A stretch of DNA of 64,000 bases from an uncultured SAR86 cluster bacterium (GTDB lineage Bacteria > Pseudomonadota > Gammaproteobacteria > Magnimaribacterales > D2472): the NCBI GenBank assembly GCA_902559345.1, contig CACEHH010000005.1:578-64577 (forward strand), given 5' to 3'. Shown here piece by piece: positions 41,137 to 50,444 of this stretch; position 1 is the stretch's first letter, and every line of letters starts with the position of its first letter. The notes under the pieces are model-generated. The model saw only the letters and a list, made by a program, of their open reading frames with translations. It searched no databases and was not told the DNA's origin. The position numbers were made by a program, and so were the translations under genes.

Positions 41137-43117
41137 TGATTAATGATTTTGCTGTTTTAATAACATTCTCTTTAGTAAATCCAAAATGCTCAAGCAACTC
41201 ATTTCCTGGCGCAGACTCACCAAAAGTTTCAATTCCTATAACTTTATCGTTTCTATTTAAAATTTTGTACCATGAGTTCGGATGGCTGCACTCTACTACA
41301 AGTATAGGCTTGTCCTGATTTATAATTGTATTTTGATAGTCTTCACTTTGTTCTAGGAAGATATCTAGAGAGGGCATCGATACAACATTTGCGCTAATTG
41401 AATCATTTTTTAATTCTTTTGCAGCATCAAGGGCTAATTGAACTTCACTTCCTGAGGCAACAATAGTCATATCCATGTTTTCATTTGTATCAAGCAAATA
41501 TCCTCCCATAGAAATTAAGGACATCTGATCAGGTGTCCTTTCTATAGCTGAGGTTCCCTGTCTGCTAAAAATTAAACATGTAGGAGTTGATTTAGAGCTT
41601 ACTGCATTTTTCCAAGCAATCGCAGTTTCTACTAAGTCTGCTGGCCTCCAGCTATTCATATTTGGCGTAGATCTAAGTGTCACCATATGTTCTACGGGTT
41701 GATGTGTAGGACCGTCTTCTCCTAATGCAACTGAATCATGCGTATACACAAATATATTTGGCAGCCCCATCAAGGCTGAAAGCCTAACAGCATTTCTAGC
41801 ATAATCAGTAAATACTAAAAAAGTTGCCCCATATGGCTTTATGCCCCCATGAAGAACCATTCCATTCATAATAGCTGACATCCCAAACTCCCTGACACCA
41901 TAATTAATATGATTACCTGATGGATTGTCATTTGAAAATGTTGAACTAGATGCCGAAAAAGTATTATTTGATGGTGTTAAGTCTGCCGATCCACCAATCA
42001 GCTCTGGCATTTCTTTTACAAAAAAGTCTAAACATACCTTTGAAGCTTTTCTTGTCGCCATTGATGAGTTATTTGAATGGCATTCATCGAGAAATTTATT
42101 AAAACTTTCATCAAAATTTTCTGGGACATCTCCATTCATTCTTCGATGAAGCTCCATTGACTTTTTTGGATATTTTTCTTTATAGCTTTGAATTAAGCTA
42201 TCCCAACTTGAATTCACATCAGATCCAGCATCTTTTGCATTCCAAAAGTTATAAACTTCATCTGGTACCTCAAATGAAGGAAAGCCCCAACCCAAAGCCT
42301 CTCTAGTTTCCTTAATCTCTTCATCTCCTAGCGGAGCTCCATGAGTATCTGCTGTGCCTGATTTATTTGGCGAGCCATAACCTATTGTAGTTTTACAAAA
42401 AATCATTGAAGGTTTTTTTGATTCATTTTTTGCCTCGGAAATTGCTTTATCAATTTCTTCAACATTATGTCCATCAACACACACAGTATGCCAACCATAA
42501 CTCTCAAATCTTTTTACTGAATCGTCTGTAAACCAATTTTCAACCTCACCATCTATTGATATTCCATTTTGATCATAAAAACACACTAATTTACCTAAAT
42601 TATGGGTGCCAGCGAAGGAGCAGGCCTCGTGTGAAACACCCTCCATTAAACAACCATCACCAAGAAAAACATAAGTAAAGTGATCAATAGGCTTTATGTC
42701 ATCTTCATTAAATTCAGCAGCTAATATTTTTTCTGACATAGCCATTCCAACAGCATTTGCAATGCCTTGACCCAATGGACCAGTTGTTGTTTCTATACCA
42801 ATATCGATATCATATTCAGGATGTCCTGGTGTTTTAGAATTTAGTTGTCTGAAGTCTTTAAGATCGTCTATTGAAAGGTCATAGCCTGTTAAATGCAACA
42901 AACTATACAAGAGCATTGAGCCATGTCCATTTGATAATACAAATCTGTCTCTATTAAACCATGTAGGATTAGAGGGATTATGTTTCAGATGATTAGCCCA
43001 AAGAGCTGTTGCAATTTCTGCCATTCCCATTGGCATACCAGGATGACCAGAATTTGCTTTTTGAACAGCATCAATTGATAAAAATCTAAGAGCGTTGATA
43101 GAATCTGATTGCTGCAA
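41129..43117 (-). CDS. tkt: Transketolase
   Basis: SGHPGMPMG, RDRFVLSNGH, TTGPLGQG, GDGCLMEG and GEDGPTHQP; likely TTG start at 43117 after AGGA. Confidence 0.96.
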   Translation of the reverse strand: MQQSDSINALRFLSIDAVQKANSGHPGMPMGMAEIATALWANHLKHNPSNPTWFNRDRFVLSNGHGSMLLYSLLHLTGYDLSIDDLKDFRQLNSKTPGHPEYDIDIGIETTTGPLGQGIANAVGMAMSEKILAAEFNEDDIKPIDHFTYVFLGDGCLMEGVSHEACSFAGTHNLGKLVCFYDQNGISIDGEVENWFTDDSVKRFESYGWHTVCVDGHNVEEIDKAISEAKNESKKPSMIFCKTTIGYGSPNKSGTADTHGAPLGDEEIKETREALGWGFPSFEVPDEVYNFWNAKDAGSDVNSSWDSLIQSYKEKYPKKSMELHRRMNGDVPENFDESFNKFLDECHSNNSSMATRKASKVCLDFFVKEMPELIGGSADLTPSNNTFSASSSTFSNDNPSGNHINYGVREFGMSAIMNGMVLHGGIKPYGATFLVFTDYARNAVRLSALMGLPNIFVYTHDSVALGEDGPTHQPVEHMVTLRSTPNMNSWRPADLVETAIAWKNAVSSKSTPTCLIFSRQGTSAIERTPDQMSLISMGGYLLDTNENMDMTIVASGSEVQLALDAAKELKNDSISANVVSMPSLDIFLEQSEDYQNTIINQDKPILVVECSHPNSWYKILNRNDKVIGIETFGESAPGNELLEHFGFTKENVIKTAKSLIND

Positions 43118-43204
43118 GTTAATTTTTCCTATTGGTTTTATGGATAATAATATTTTTGTAGTAAAAAGCATAGATAAAATTGATTTTTTTGATATAAAAT
43201 ATTC

Positions 43205-43222
43205 AGATTGTGATCACAATCT
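43205..43222. promoter_or_regulatory. Perfect 18-bp palindrome AGATTGTGATCACAATCT, candidate operator between tkt and metK
   Basis: Exact inverted repeat read from the sequence, in the divergent intergenic region. Confidence 0.45.
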
Positions 43223-43269
43223 TTTTTTAAAGAAATTTCTTCACAGTCAAAATTTAAGGGAGAGAACGA

Positions 43270-44424
43270 ATGAGTTATATTTTTACATCGGAATCAGTTT
43301 CCGCCGGACATCCAGATAAGGTCTGTGATCAAATTTCAGATGCTGTTTTAGACGCATATTTAGCAGAGGATCCAAATAGTCGAGTAGCATGCGAAACAAT
43401 GATTAAAAACAATATGGTATATATCGCTGGGGAGATAACTTCACTTGGAAGTCCAGACCTAGAACCAGTTGTTAGAAAAACAATTAATGATATTGGATAC
43501 GATACTGATGAATATGGTTTCAATGGAGATACCTGTGAGTTTACAAATCTTGTTTTTGAGCAATCACCTGATATCTCACAAGGCGTCACTGAGGGTGAGG
43601 GAGAAAATCTTGAACAGGGTGCTGGAGACCAAGGTCTTATGTTTGGTTATGCGTGTACAGAAACAGACTCGTTAATGCCCCTGCCTATTGATCTATCTCA
43701 TAGACTAGTAAAAAAACAGGCAGACGTTATGAAAAGTAACGGACTAGCCTGGTTGAGACCAGATGCTAAAAGCCAGGTAAGCGCAATTTATTCTGATGAT
43801 GGAAAGACTATTGAAGGATTATCTGCAATAGTTCTTTCAACCCAACATGACGAAGATGTAACGCAAGAAGAGATTAAAGAAGGGGTTATGGAACAAATCA
43901 TTAAACCGATAGTACCTGAGGAATGGATTTTAGACTCAACAAAAATTTATATAAACCCAACCGGTAAATTTGTTATTGGTGGTCCTGTAGGTGACTGCGG
44001 CCTTACAGGGAGAAAAATTATTGTTGATACTTATGGTGGTATGGCTCGGCATGGTGGCGGAGCCTTCTCAGGCAAAGACCCTTCTAAAGTTGACCGATCT
44101 GCAGCTTATGCAGCTAGGTATGTAGCAAAGAATATTGTTGCAGCTGGTTTGGCTGATTATTGCGAAATACAGGTCTCATATGCAATAGGTGTTGCAAAAC
44201 CAACTTCAATAAATGTAAATACTTTTAATAGCGAAAAAATATCAAAAGATGCTATTGAAAAAATTGTAGAGGAGAAGTTTGATTTAAGGCCAAAAAGCCT
44301 TATTAACATGCTTGATCTTAAAAGACCCATTTATCTTCCAACAGCTGCTTACGGACACTTTGGTAGAACTGATATTGACTTATCATGGGAAAAAACTGAT
44401 AAGGTTTCAGAAATCTCACAATAA
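43270..44424 (+). CDS. metK: S-adenosylmethionine synthetase
   Basis: [23 protein letters not shown] and [16 protein letters not shown]. Confidence 0.97.
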   Translation: MSYIFTSESVSAGHPDKVCDQISDAVLDAYLAEDPNSRVACETMIKNNMVYIAGEITSLGSPDLEPVVRKTINDIGYDTDEYGFNGDTCEFTNLVFEQSPDISQGVTEGEGENLEQGAGDQGLMFGYACTETDSLMPLPIDLSHRLVKKQADVMKSNGLAWLRPDAKSQVSAIYSDDGKTIEGLSAIVLSTQHDEDVTQEEIKEGVMEQIIKPIVPEEWILDSTKIYINPTGKFVIGGPVGDCGLTGRKIIVDTYGGMARHGGGAFSGKDPSKVDRSAAYAARYVAKNIVAAGLADYCEIQVSYAIGVAKPTSINVNTFNSEKISKDAIEKIVEEKFDLRPKSLINMLDLKRPIYLPTAAYGHFGRTDIDLSWEKTDKVSEISQ

Positions 44425-44449
44425 TAAATTAAATATATAAGGAAATAAA

Positions 44450-45844
44450 ATGGAAAATGACTATAAAGTAGCAGATATTAATTTGGCAGAATTTGGCAGA
44501 AGGGAAATCTCTCTTGCAGAAAATGAGATGCCTGCATTAATGGCTTTAAGAGAAAAATATAGATCAGAACAACCTCTTGCTGGCGCTAAGATTATGGGCT
44601 GTATTCATATGACAATACAAACTGCTGTTTTAATGGAAACATTAACAGATCTTGGAGCTGAACTACGATGGTCATCTTGTAATATATTTTCGACACAGGA
44701 TCATGCTGCAGCTGCGATGGCGGCTAAAGGAATTCCAGTTTTTGCATGGAAGGGTGAAACAGATGAAGAATATGAATGGTGTATAGAACAAACTATTTGT
44801 AAAAATGGAAAGCCTTGGGATGCAAATATGATTCTTGATGATGGCAGTGATCTTACTGCAATGGTTCATGCAAATTTTCCAGATATGTTGGAAACTATTC
44901 ATGGCGTGTCTGAAGAAACCACAACAGGAGTTCATAGACTTAAAGAAATGCTTGAAAAAGGTGAGCTAAAAATTCCTGCTATTAATGTAAATGATTCAGT
45001 CACAAAAGCAAAAAATGATAACAAATACGGCTGTAGGCATAGTCTTAATGATGCTTTAAAAAGAGGTACTGATATGCTGCTTTCTGGAAAGAAAGGTTTG
45101 GTAATTGGTTATGGTGATGTTGGTAAAGGTTCTGCAGCAAGTCTTGCTCAAGAGGGGATGATTGTTAGTGTTGTTGAATCTGATCCAATTTGCGCTATGC
45201 AAGCATGCATGGATGGCTTCTCAGTAGTTTCTTGTTATAAAGATGGTGTCGTAACAAGAGATCCAAAGGATATTAATATGTCTATTATGGGAGATACTGA
45301 TTTAATTGTTACTACAACAGGTAATGTTAACGTATGTGATTCTGCGATGATAAGCACTCTTAAAAATACAGCGGTGGTCTGTAATATTGGTCATTTTGAT
45401 AATGAAATTGATACGGCTTATATGAGAGAAAACTATTATTGGGATGAAATAAAACCTCAGGTTCATAGGGTTTTTAGAGATACAGCACCTGATGGAACTC
45501 CAGACTTATCAAGTAAAGACTATATTATCTTGCTCGCAGAAGGCAGATTGGTAAACCTAGGGAATGCCACTGGTCATCCAAGTAGAATTATGGATGGTTC
45601 ATTTGCAAATCAGGTTCTGGCTCAGATACATTTATACAAACAAGGTTTTGCAAATGTTAATGATGCCGATAAAAGATCTGAAATGATTACTGTCGAAGTT
45701 CTTCCAAAGAAGCTAGATGAAGAGGTTGCAAGTCTTATGGTTCAAGGGTTTGGCGGGACAGTTACAAAACTTACTCAGGATCAAGCTGACTATATAAATG
45801 TTCCACAAGATGGACCATTCAAGGAAGAAAGCTATAAATATTAA
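44450..45844 (+). CDS. ahcY: Adenosylhomocysteinase
   Basis: [35 protein letters not shown] and [15 protein letters not shown]. Confidence 0.97.
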   Translation: MENDYKVADINLAEFGRREISLAENEMPALMALREKYRSEQPLAGAKIMGCIHMTIQTAVLMETLTDLGAELRWSSCNIFSTQDHAAAAMAAKGIPVFAWKGETDEEYEWCIEQTICKNGKPWDANMILDDGSDLTAMVHANFPDMLETIHGVSEETTTGVHRLKEMLEKGELKIPAINVNDSVTKAKNDNKYGCRHSLNDALKRGTDMLLSGKKGLVIGYGDVGKGSAASLAQEGMIVSVVESDPICAMQACMDGFSVVSCYKDGVVTRDPKDINMSIMGDTDLIVTTTGNVNVCDSAMISTLKNTAVVCNIGHFDNEIDTAYMRENYYWDEIKPQVHRVFRDTAPDGTPDLSSKDYIILLAEGRLVNLGNATGHPSRIMDGSFANQVLAQIHLYKQGFANVNDADKRSEMITVEVLPKKLDEEVASLMVQGFGGTVTKLTQDQADYINVPQDGPFKEESYKY

Positions 45845-45889
45845 GATATAAATTTCAAATTATGGGTATTTATGCTCATAATACATCTT

Positions 45890-45973
45890 GTGAATATTTA
45901 TAAAACTGTCCTTATTCTTGGTTCTTTTTTAATACTCTATAGCTGTGGAGTAAAAGGCCCCATAATTTTTTAA
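45890..45973 (+). CDS. lptM: LptM/YifL (LppL)-family small lipoprotein, 27 aa: MNIYKTVLILGSFLILYSCGVKGPIIF (not in ORF track)
   Basis: Signal peptide plus lipobox LYSC followed by GVKGP (family motif CGxKGPL); immediately upstream of dapF as yifL is in E. coli. GTG start at 45890, with an in-frame ATG at 45872. Confidence 0.8.
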   Translation: MNIYKTVLILGSFLILYSCGVKGPIIF

Positions 45974-46006
45974 AATTTAGTGTTCTTTTAAGAGAAGTAA
46001 AGATTA

Positions 46007-46792
46007 ATGATTAATTTTGAAAAATGGCATGGCAATGGCAATGACTTTGCCATCATTAATTCTATTGAGAACAAAATAAAGTTAAATAAAAGCTTTATAC
46101 GAAAAACTGCTGACCGTAATAAAGGTATTGGTTTTGATCAGTTAATTCATATTGGATTACCTACAAAACATGATTATGACTTTTTCATTAGGTTCTATAA
46201 CTCCGATGGTTCTGAAGCTGGAATGTGTCTTAATGGAATTAGATGTGCAGCTAAATATATTTGGAATAATAATCTTTTTCCTCTAGGACAAATAGAAATC
46301 CAAACAAGAAGAAAAAATCTTAAATGTTCACCAAAGAATAAAAATAATGTCTCAGTTCTTATTGATTCGCCAATAGAGATGCAGACCCCAGACTTGGAAC
46401 ACAATACAATTAAAAAAGTTCTAGGTGATGATTTTTTTCTTTCACACACTGGAAATAATCATCTTTGTGTTAAGAAAAAATCTATAGATAGAGTTAACTT
46501 AGAAGAGCTTTATAAAAATCTAGAAAATGTTTTAAAGAAATATGAATGTAATCTTTCAATTTTTAAGAAAAATAAAGGCCTTATTCAAATTAGGACATAT
46601 GAAAATGGAACAGGTGAAACTCTGTCATGTGGATCTGCTGCATTGTGTGTAGCTGCAAAATTCTTAGCAGATAATAAAAATTCATTAAAAATAAGTTCGA
46701 TTGGTGGAGAATTAGAATTTAGCTTTCATGAAGATGTTATATTAATGTCTGGTCCAACTAATTTTATATATAAAGGAAATGTGAATGAGTAA
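46007..46792 (+). CDS. dapF: Diaminopimelate epimerase
   Basis: FEKWHGNGNDF, GIGFDQ, NSDGSEAGMCLNGIRC and RTYENGTGETLSCGS. Confidence 0.92.
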   Translation: MINFEKWHGNGNDFAIINSIENKIKLNKSFIRKTADRNKGIGFDQLIHIGLPTKHDYDFFIRFYNSDGSEAGMCLNGIRCAAKYIWNNNLFPLGQIEIQTRRKNLKCSPKNKNNVSVLIDSPIEMQTPDLEHNTIKKVLGDDFFLSHTGNNHLCVKKKSIDRVNLEELYKNLENVLKKYECNLSIFKKNKGLIQIRTYENGTGETLSCGSAALCVAAKFLADNKNSLKISSIGGELEFSFHEDVILMSGPTNFIYKGNVNE

Positions 46793-47405
46793 AAAATTAG
46801 ATCCAAAAGATGTGGAGTTGTTTCTTTTAGATAATCTAAACTTCTTTGAATCTAGAGAGTCCTTAGTTAGTGAACTAAAATTTAGACACTCTTCAAGCTC
46901 GGCATCATCTATTCTTGAGAGGCAAGTAAAAAAGCTAAGAGAAGAGCATCAAAATTTAATGGATCTTTTATCATCTTTTATTGCAACAGCTTCTGTTAAT
47001 GAAGACCTTTTTAATAAATCAAAAGATTTAACGCTTAAAATCTTAGCATCAAGCTCTAAGAAAGAAATTATTAAAACCGTTGAATCAAGTTTCAGTAATG
47101 ATTTCAAGGTAGATAAATGTTTGCTTAAGTTTTATAAGGATAAGGAAATAGACAAAATAGAAAGCTCTACAGAATTATCTTTACATAAAGGAGCTATTTA
47201 TTGTGGGTCTTTTTCCTCAGAGAAAATGAATTTTTTATTTAATGATAAAAAAATTAAATCTATGGTGGTTTCAGTAATTATGTCAAATAATGAAATTGGG
47301 TTATTAAAGCTCGGTAGTTATGATCGAACAAAGTACCTTGGTGATGAAGATACAACCTTTATTCAATACATCCGAGATATTTTAGAAACAAAGCTAGCTC
47401 TATAG
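46785..47405 (+). CDS. DUF484 (YigA) family protein
   Basis: FLLDNLNFF, SILERQVKKLR and DTTFIQY; sits between dapF and xerC. Confidence 0.85.
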   Translation: MSKKLDPKDVELFLLDNLNFFESRESLVSELKFRHSSSSASSILERQVKKLREEHQNLMDLLSSFIATASVNEDLFNKSKDLTLKILASSSKKEIIKTVESSFSNDFKVDKCLLKFYKDKEIDKIESSTELSLHKGAIYCGSFSSEKMNFLFNDKKIKSMVVSVIMSNNEIGLLKLGSYDRTKYLGDEDTTFIQYIRDILETKLAL

Positions 47406-47408
47406 TAT

Positions 47409-48305
47409 ATGGAAAATTCTATTTTTGCTCTTAATGATGTTAAGGAATATCTAATATTTGTTTCTCAAGTAAAAAATCTTTCGGAGAATACTACAAAGTC
47501 ATACGAACGTGATCTTAAAAAGCTTTGCACTTTTCTAGATAATATCCAAGTAACAAATTACTCTCAAATTAACGCTGATATTTGCTCAGCATGGATTGGT
47601 GATTTGTATTCTCAAAATAATAATCCAAGAAGTATCCAAAGACATCTTTCTTCTGCCAAAGGGTTTTTTCGATTCCTTAAAAAAAATAATCTAATTACAT
47701 CTTCTCCATTCGAATTAGTTACAGCTCCAAAATCGCCTAGTAATTTACCGGATGTTTTATCTCCAGAGGATGTAGAGCAGCTGCTAAATTTTAAGCCAAC
47801 AAGCTTAATTGAAATTAGAGATATGGCTATTGTTGAAGTTATGTATTCATCTGGCTTAAGGGTTACCGAAACTGTCAATATTAATATTGCAGATTTTGAA
47901 GAAGAGATGAGCTTTCTTAGAGTGCTAGGAAAAGGATCTAAAACTAGGCTTGTCCCTATGGGAAGGTTTGCCGTATCTGCAATAAATAATTGGATAGTTG
48001 AACGTAAGAAAATAGCTACAAATACTGATGCCCTATTTCTAAATTCAAAAGGAACAAGGTTAACTGTAAGAAGTGTTCAGTTAAGACTCAAAAAAATGGC
48101 TCTTAAACAAGGTCTTCCACCAATTCATCCTCATATGCTTAGACACAGCTTTGCAACTCATATGCTTGAATCAAGCGGTGATCTAAGAACAATTCAAGAG
48201 CTCCTAGGTCACAGCTCATTATCAACAACTCAAATTTATACTAAATTAGACTACCAACACTTAGCAAAAATTTATGACAAGTCACATCCAAGAGCAAAAA
48301 AATGA
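47409..48305 (+). CDS. xerC: Tyrosine recombinase XerC
   Basis: [27 protein letters not shown] and [22 protein letters not shown]; dapF-yigA-xerC-yigB order. Confidence 0.94.
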   Translation: MENSIFALNDVKEYLIFVSQVKNLSENTTKSYERDLKKLCTFLDNIQVTNYSQINADICSAWIGDLYSQNNNPRSIQRHLSSAKGFFRFLKKNNLITSSPFELVTAPKSPSNLPDVLSPEDVEQLLNFKPTSLIEIRDMAIVEVMYSSGLRVTETVNINIADFEEEMSFLRVLGKGSKTRLVPMGRFAVSAINNWIVERKKIATNTDALFLNSKGTRLTVRSVQLRLKKMALKQGLPPIHPHMLRHSFATHMLESSGDLRTIQELLGHSSLSTTQIYTKLDYQHLAKIYDKSHPRAKK

Positions 48306-49006
48306 TTAAACAAATTAAAATGATAACTTTTGACCTAGATGACACTCTATGGGATAACGTTCCTACAATTACAAGAGCTGAAATTGATACCAGGCAGTGG
48401 ATTGAGGAAAGAGTTGGCAAGGTTAGCTGGGGTGATTTTAATGACTTTATTAACTTAAGGGATGATCTTATAAAAGAAGACGCTAGCATTGAATGGGATA
48501 TAAGCAAGCTTAGAAAAGAGATTTTTAGAATAAAGCTTGATCATATCAAACCCTCGAGCTTAAGAGATAAAATCGTAGATGAGGCGTTTTCTGTATTTAT
48601 GAATAAAAGACATGAAATTTTATTATTTGATGGTGTAGCTGATGCTCTTAAGGCCCTGTCTGAAAAATATATACTAGGAGTTCTAACTAATGGTAATGCT
48701 GATGTGTACAAATTTAATATTGGTAAATATTTTAGATTTGCGATTAGCTCTCTTGAAGCAAAAGCTAGCAAGCCGAATAGATCTCATTTTGATTTGGCAG
48801 TTAAGCAGGTAGACGGAGTTACTTTTAACGAAATTCTTCATATTGGAGATCATCAGATTAATGATATTTTATTTGCCCACAAGTTAGGCATAGACACTTT
48901 ATGGTTTAATAATAATAATGCTACATGGGATCAAGATTTTGAGAAGCCTGATGAATTTAATTCATGGGAACTACTTACACAGATTATAGAAAACAAATAT
49001 GAGTGA
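48302..49006 (+). CDS. HAD-superfamily hydrolase (YigB-like)
   Basis: [15 protein letters not shown] and HIGDHQIND. Confidence 0.9.
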   Translation: MIKQIKMITFDLDDTLWDNVPTITRAEIDTRQWIEERVGKVSWGDFNDFINLRDDLIKEDASIEWDISKLRKEIFRIKLDHIKPSSLRDKIVDEAFSVFMNKRHEILLFDGVADALKALSEKYILGVLTNGNADVYKFNIGKYFRFAISSLEAKASKPNRSHFDLAVKQVDGVTFNEILHIGDHQINDILFAHKLGIDTLWFNNNNATWDQDFEKPDEFNSWELLTQIIENKYE

Positions 49007-49229
49007 TAAAGATTTAACAGAAGCGCTTAAGCGAATTATTGAAAAAGAGTTAAGCAAATTTAGCAAGCTTTTGCCAAAAGATGTCATTTCTGATGTTGAG
49101 AAGAAAATATCTCCTCAAGTTGAAAGCATCATTGAACAAAGTGGATATGTTAAAAAATCAAAATATAAAAACCTTGAGAAAATCATAGATGATCTTGAAA
49201 AAAGAATTGATATCCTAGAAAAAGATTAA
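48999..49229 (+). CDS. Probable UbiK/YqiC (BMFP)-like accessory protein
   Basis: 76-aa helical protein with GYVKKSKY and a C-terminal coiled coil (LEKRIDILEK); size and position fit, but the sequence is divergent. Confidence 0.55.
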   Translation: MSDKDLTEALKRIIEKELSKFSKLLPKDVISDVEKKISPQVESIIEQSGYVKKSKYKNLEKIIDDLEKRIDILEKD

Positions 49230-49813
49230 AGTTGATTCAAATATGTATCTATTCTTTCTGCATTCATCACGAATGTTGATTTTAGTTTTTGCGAGGCATC
49301 CTTTACTTCGTTGATGTTTACAGCCTCGCCTACCTGGATAACTCCTATCATTGCCATCATCACATGAGGATCACATTGATAAACATAAACTCCTTCTGTG
49401 TCTAAGGTAACGCTTATATCCATATTCATTTGTCCATTCCACTCCTTTGCGCCAGCTGGAATCATTCCTTCAATAGTGGCTGAATTGTGAGATGCGTCTA
49501 CAGCCTTAAAATGGATGGTATCTCCTTTAGAAACTTTTAATACAGCTGGTTCAAATATCATCTGTCCACCATCACCACTATTAAGCATTTTCACAATATG
49601 TTCAGACCCTTCAGAAAGTTCAACCTTTTTTACTATTGCTGGGGCTTGCGAAGCAACTGGGCTTGTAGCAGAAGAACTGCCGCAATCTTGGCCTTCTAGA
49701 CAAACCTTTACAGGTACTAATAATCTATTTTTTACAGCTTCATCATATTTTTTTCCGTTAAAAAGCAGTAAAAAACATAAGGGTAGTAGTAATAAAAATA
49801 TTTTATTTTTCAT
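49226..49813 (-). CDS. Pseudoazurin-type blue copper protein with cytochrome c5-like N-terminal extension
   Basis: HIVKMLN..MIFEPA..GDT, type-1 Cu ligands SHNS and CDPHVMMAM; N-terminal hydrophobic helix and RLLVPVKVCLEGQDCG; ATG at 49813 after AGG-poor overlap with the dsbA end. Confidence 0.85.
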   Translation of the reverse strand: MKNKIFLLLLPLCFLLLFNGKKYDEAVKNRLLVPVKVCLEGQDCGSSSATSPVASQAPAIVKKVELSEGSEHIVKMLNSGDGGQMIFEPAVLKVSKGDTIHFKAVDASHNSATIEGMIPAGAKEWNGQMNMDISVTLDTEGVYVYQCDPHVMMAMIGVIQVGEAVNINEVKDASQKLKSTFVMNAERIDTYLNQL

Positions 49814-49820
49814 ATTTTTT

Positions 49821-50444
49821 TTAGGAATTAGGTCTTTGGAGCTCAATTACGTAATCTAATATATCAAGCATTTCTTTATATGATCTTTTTGTTTCAATAA
49901 TATATTTACCATCAACAACAAGCATAGGAGTGGCATCTATCTTAAGTTGTTTTGCATGTTTTGCATCACGATTAATTTTTTGCTTAATTGTAAACGAATT
50001 TAAATACTGTTCTGTTATCTCTGGCGCAACCCCAAAATTTTTAAGAAAATCTTGGATTCTTTTTGTCGTCTGCAAGAAATTTCCTTCTTTATGGATTGTT
50101 ACAAAAACCGCTGAATGTGTTGATGAATCCAATTTAAGAGCATCGATTGTGTAATAAAGAGATGCGTGGAGTCTATGAATATCACTCCATGGAACTGGCA
50201 TTTTTGTGAATTTAACATCAGCCCCTTGTTTAGATGCCCAATCATTAATAGCAGGTTCGAAAGAGTAACAACCCCCACAGCCATACCAAAAAGATTCAGT
50301 TACTTCGACTATTCCGTCTTTTTTAACAGGAAGAGGATTGTCAACAATCCTATAATCTAATCCCGGTCGAAAATCAGCACTTACAGATATAGTAAAAACG
50401 GCCAAAAATAGTATTACAAATGTATTTTTTAAATAATTTTTCAT
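49821..50444 (-). CDS. dsbA: Thiol:disulfide interchange protein DsbA
   Basis: Signal peptide, EVTESFWYGCGGCYSFEP and cis-Pro loop ATPMLVVDGKY; downstream of cytochrome c4. Confidence 0.88.
   Translation of the reverse strand: MKNYLKNTFVILFLAVFTISVSADFRPGLDYRIVDNPLPVKKDGIVEVTESFWYGCGGCYSFEPAINDWASKQGADVKFTKMPVPWSDIHRLHASLYYTIDALKLDSSTHSAVFVTIHKEGNFLQTTKRIQDFLKNFGVAPEITEQYLNSFTIKQKINRDAKHAKQLKIDATPMLVVDGKYIIETKRSYKEMLDILDYVIELQRPNS

Noticed and set aside
43118-43171. N-terminal extensions from the ORF track (tkt here; likewise amiB, ygfA, rsgA, ubiJ, the Fe-binding protein and pseudoazurin)
   Set aside because: Downstream starts have better ribosome-binding sites or match the family N-terminus; the extensions are longest-ORF artefacts.
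43176-43195. Possible SahR operator upstream of metK
   Set aside because: Only the right half (TTGATAT) resembles the remembered consensus and no sahR gene is adjacent.
47409-48305. Tyrosine recombinase as a possible prophage or island integrase
   Set aside because: Sits in the conserved dapF-yigA-xerC-yigB operon with XerC signatures; no att sites or cargo genes nearby.
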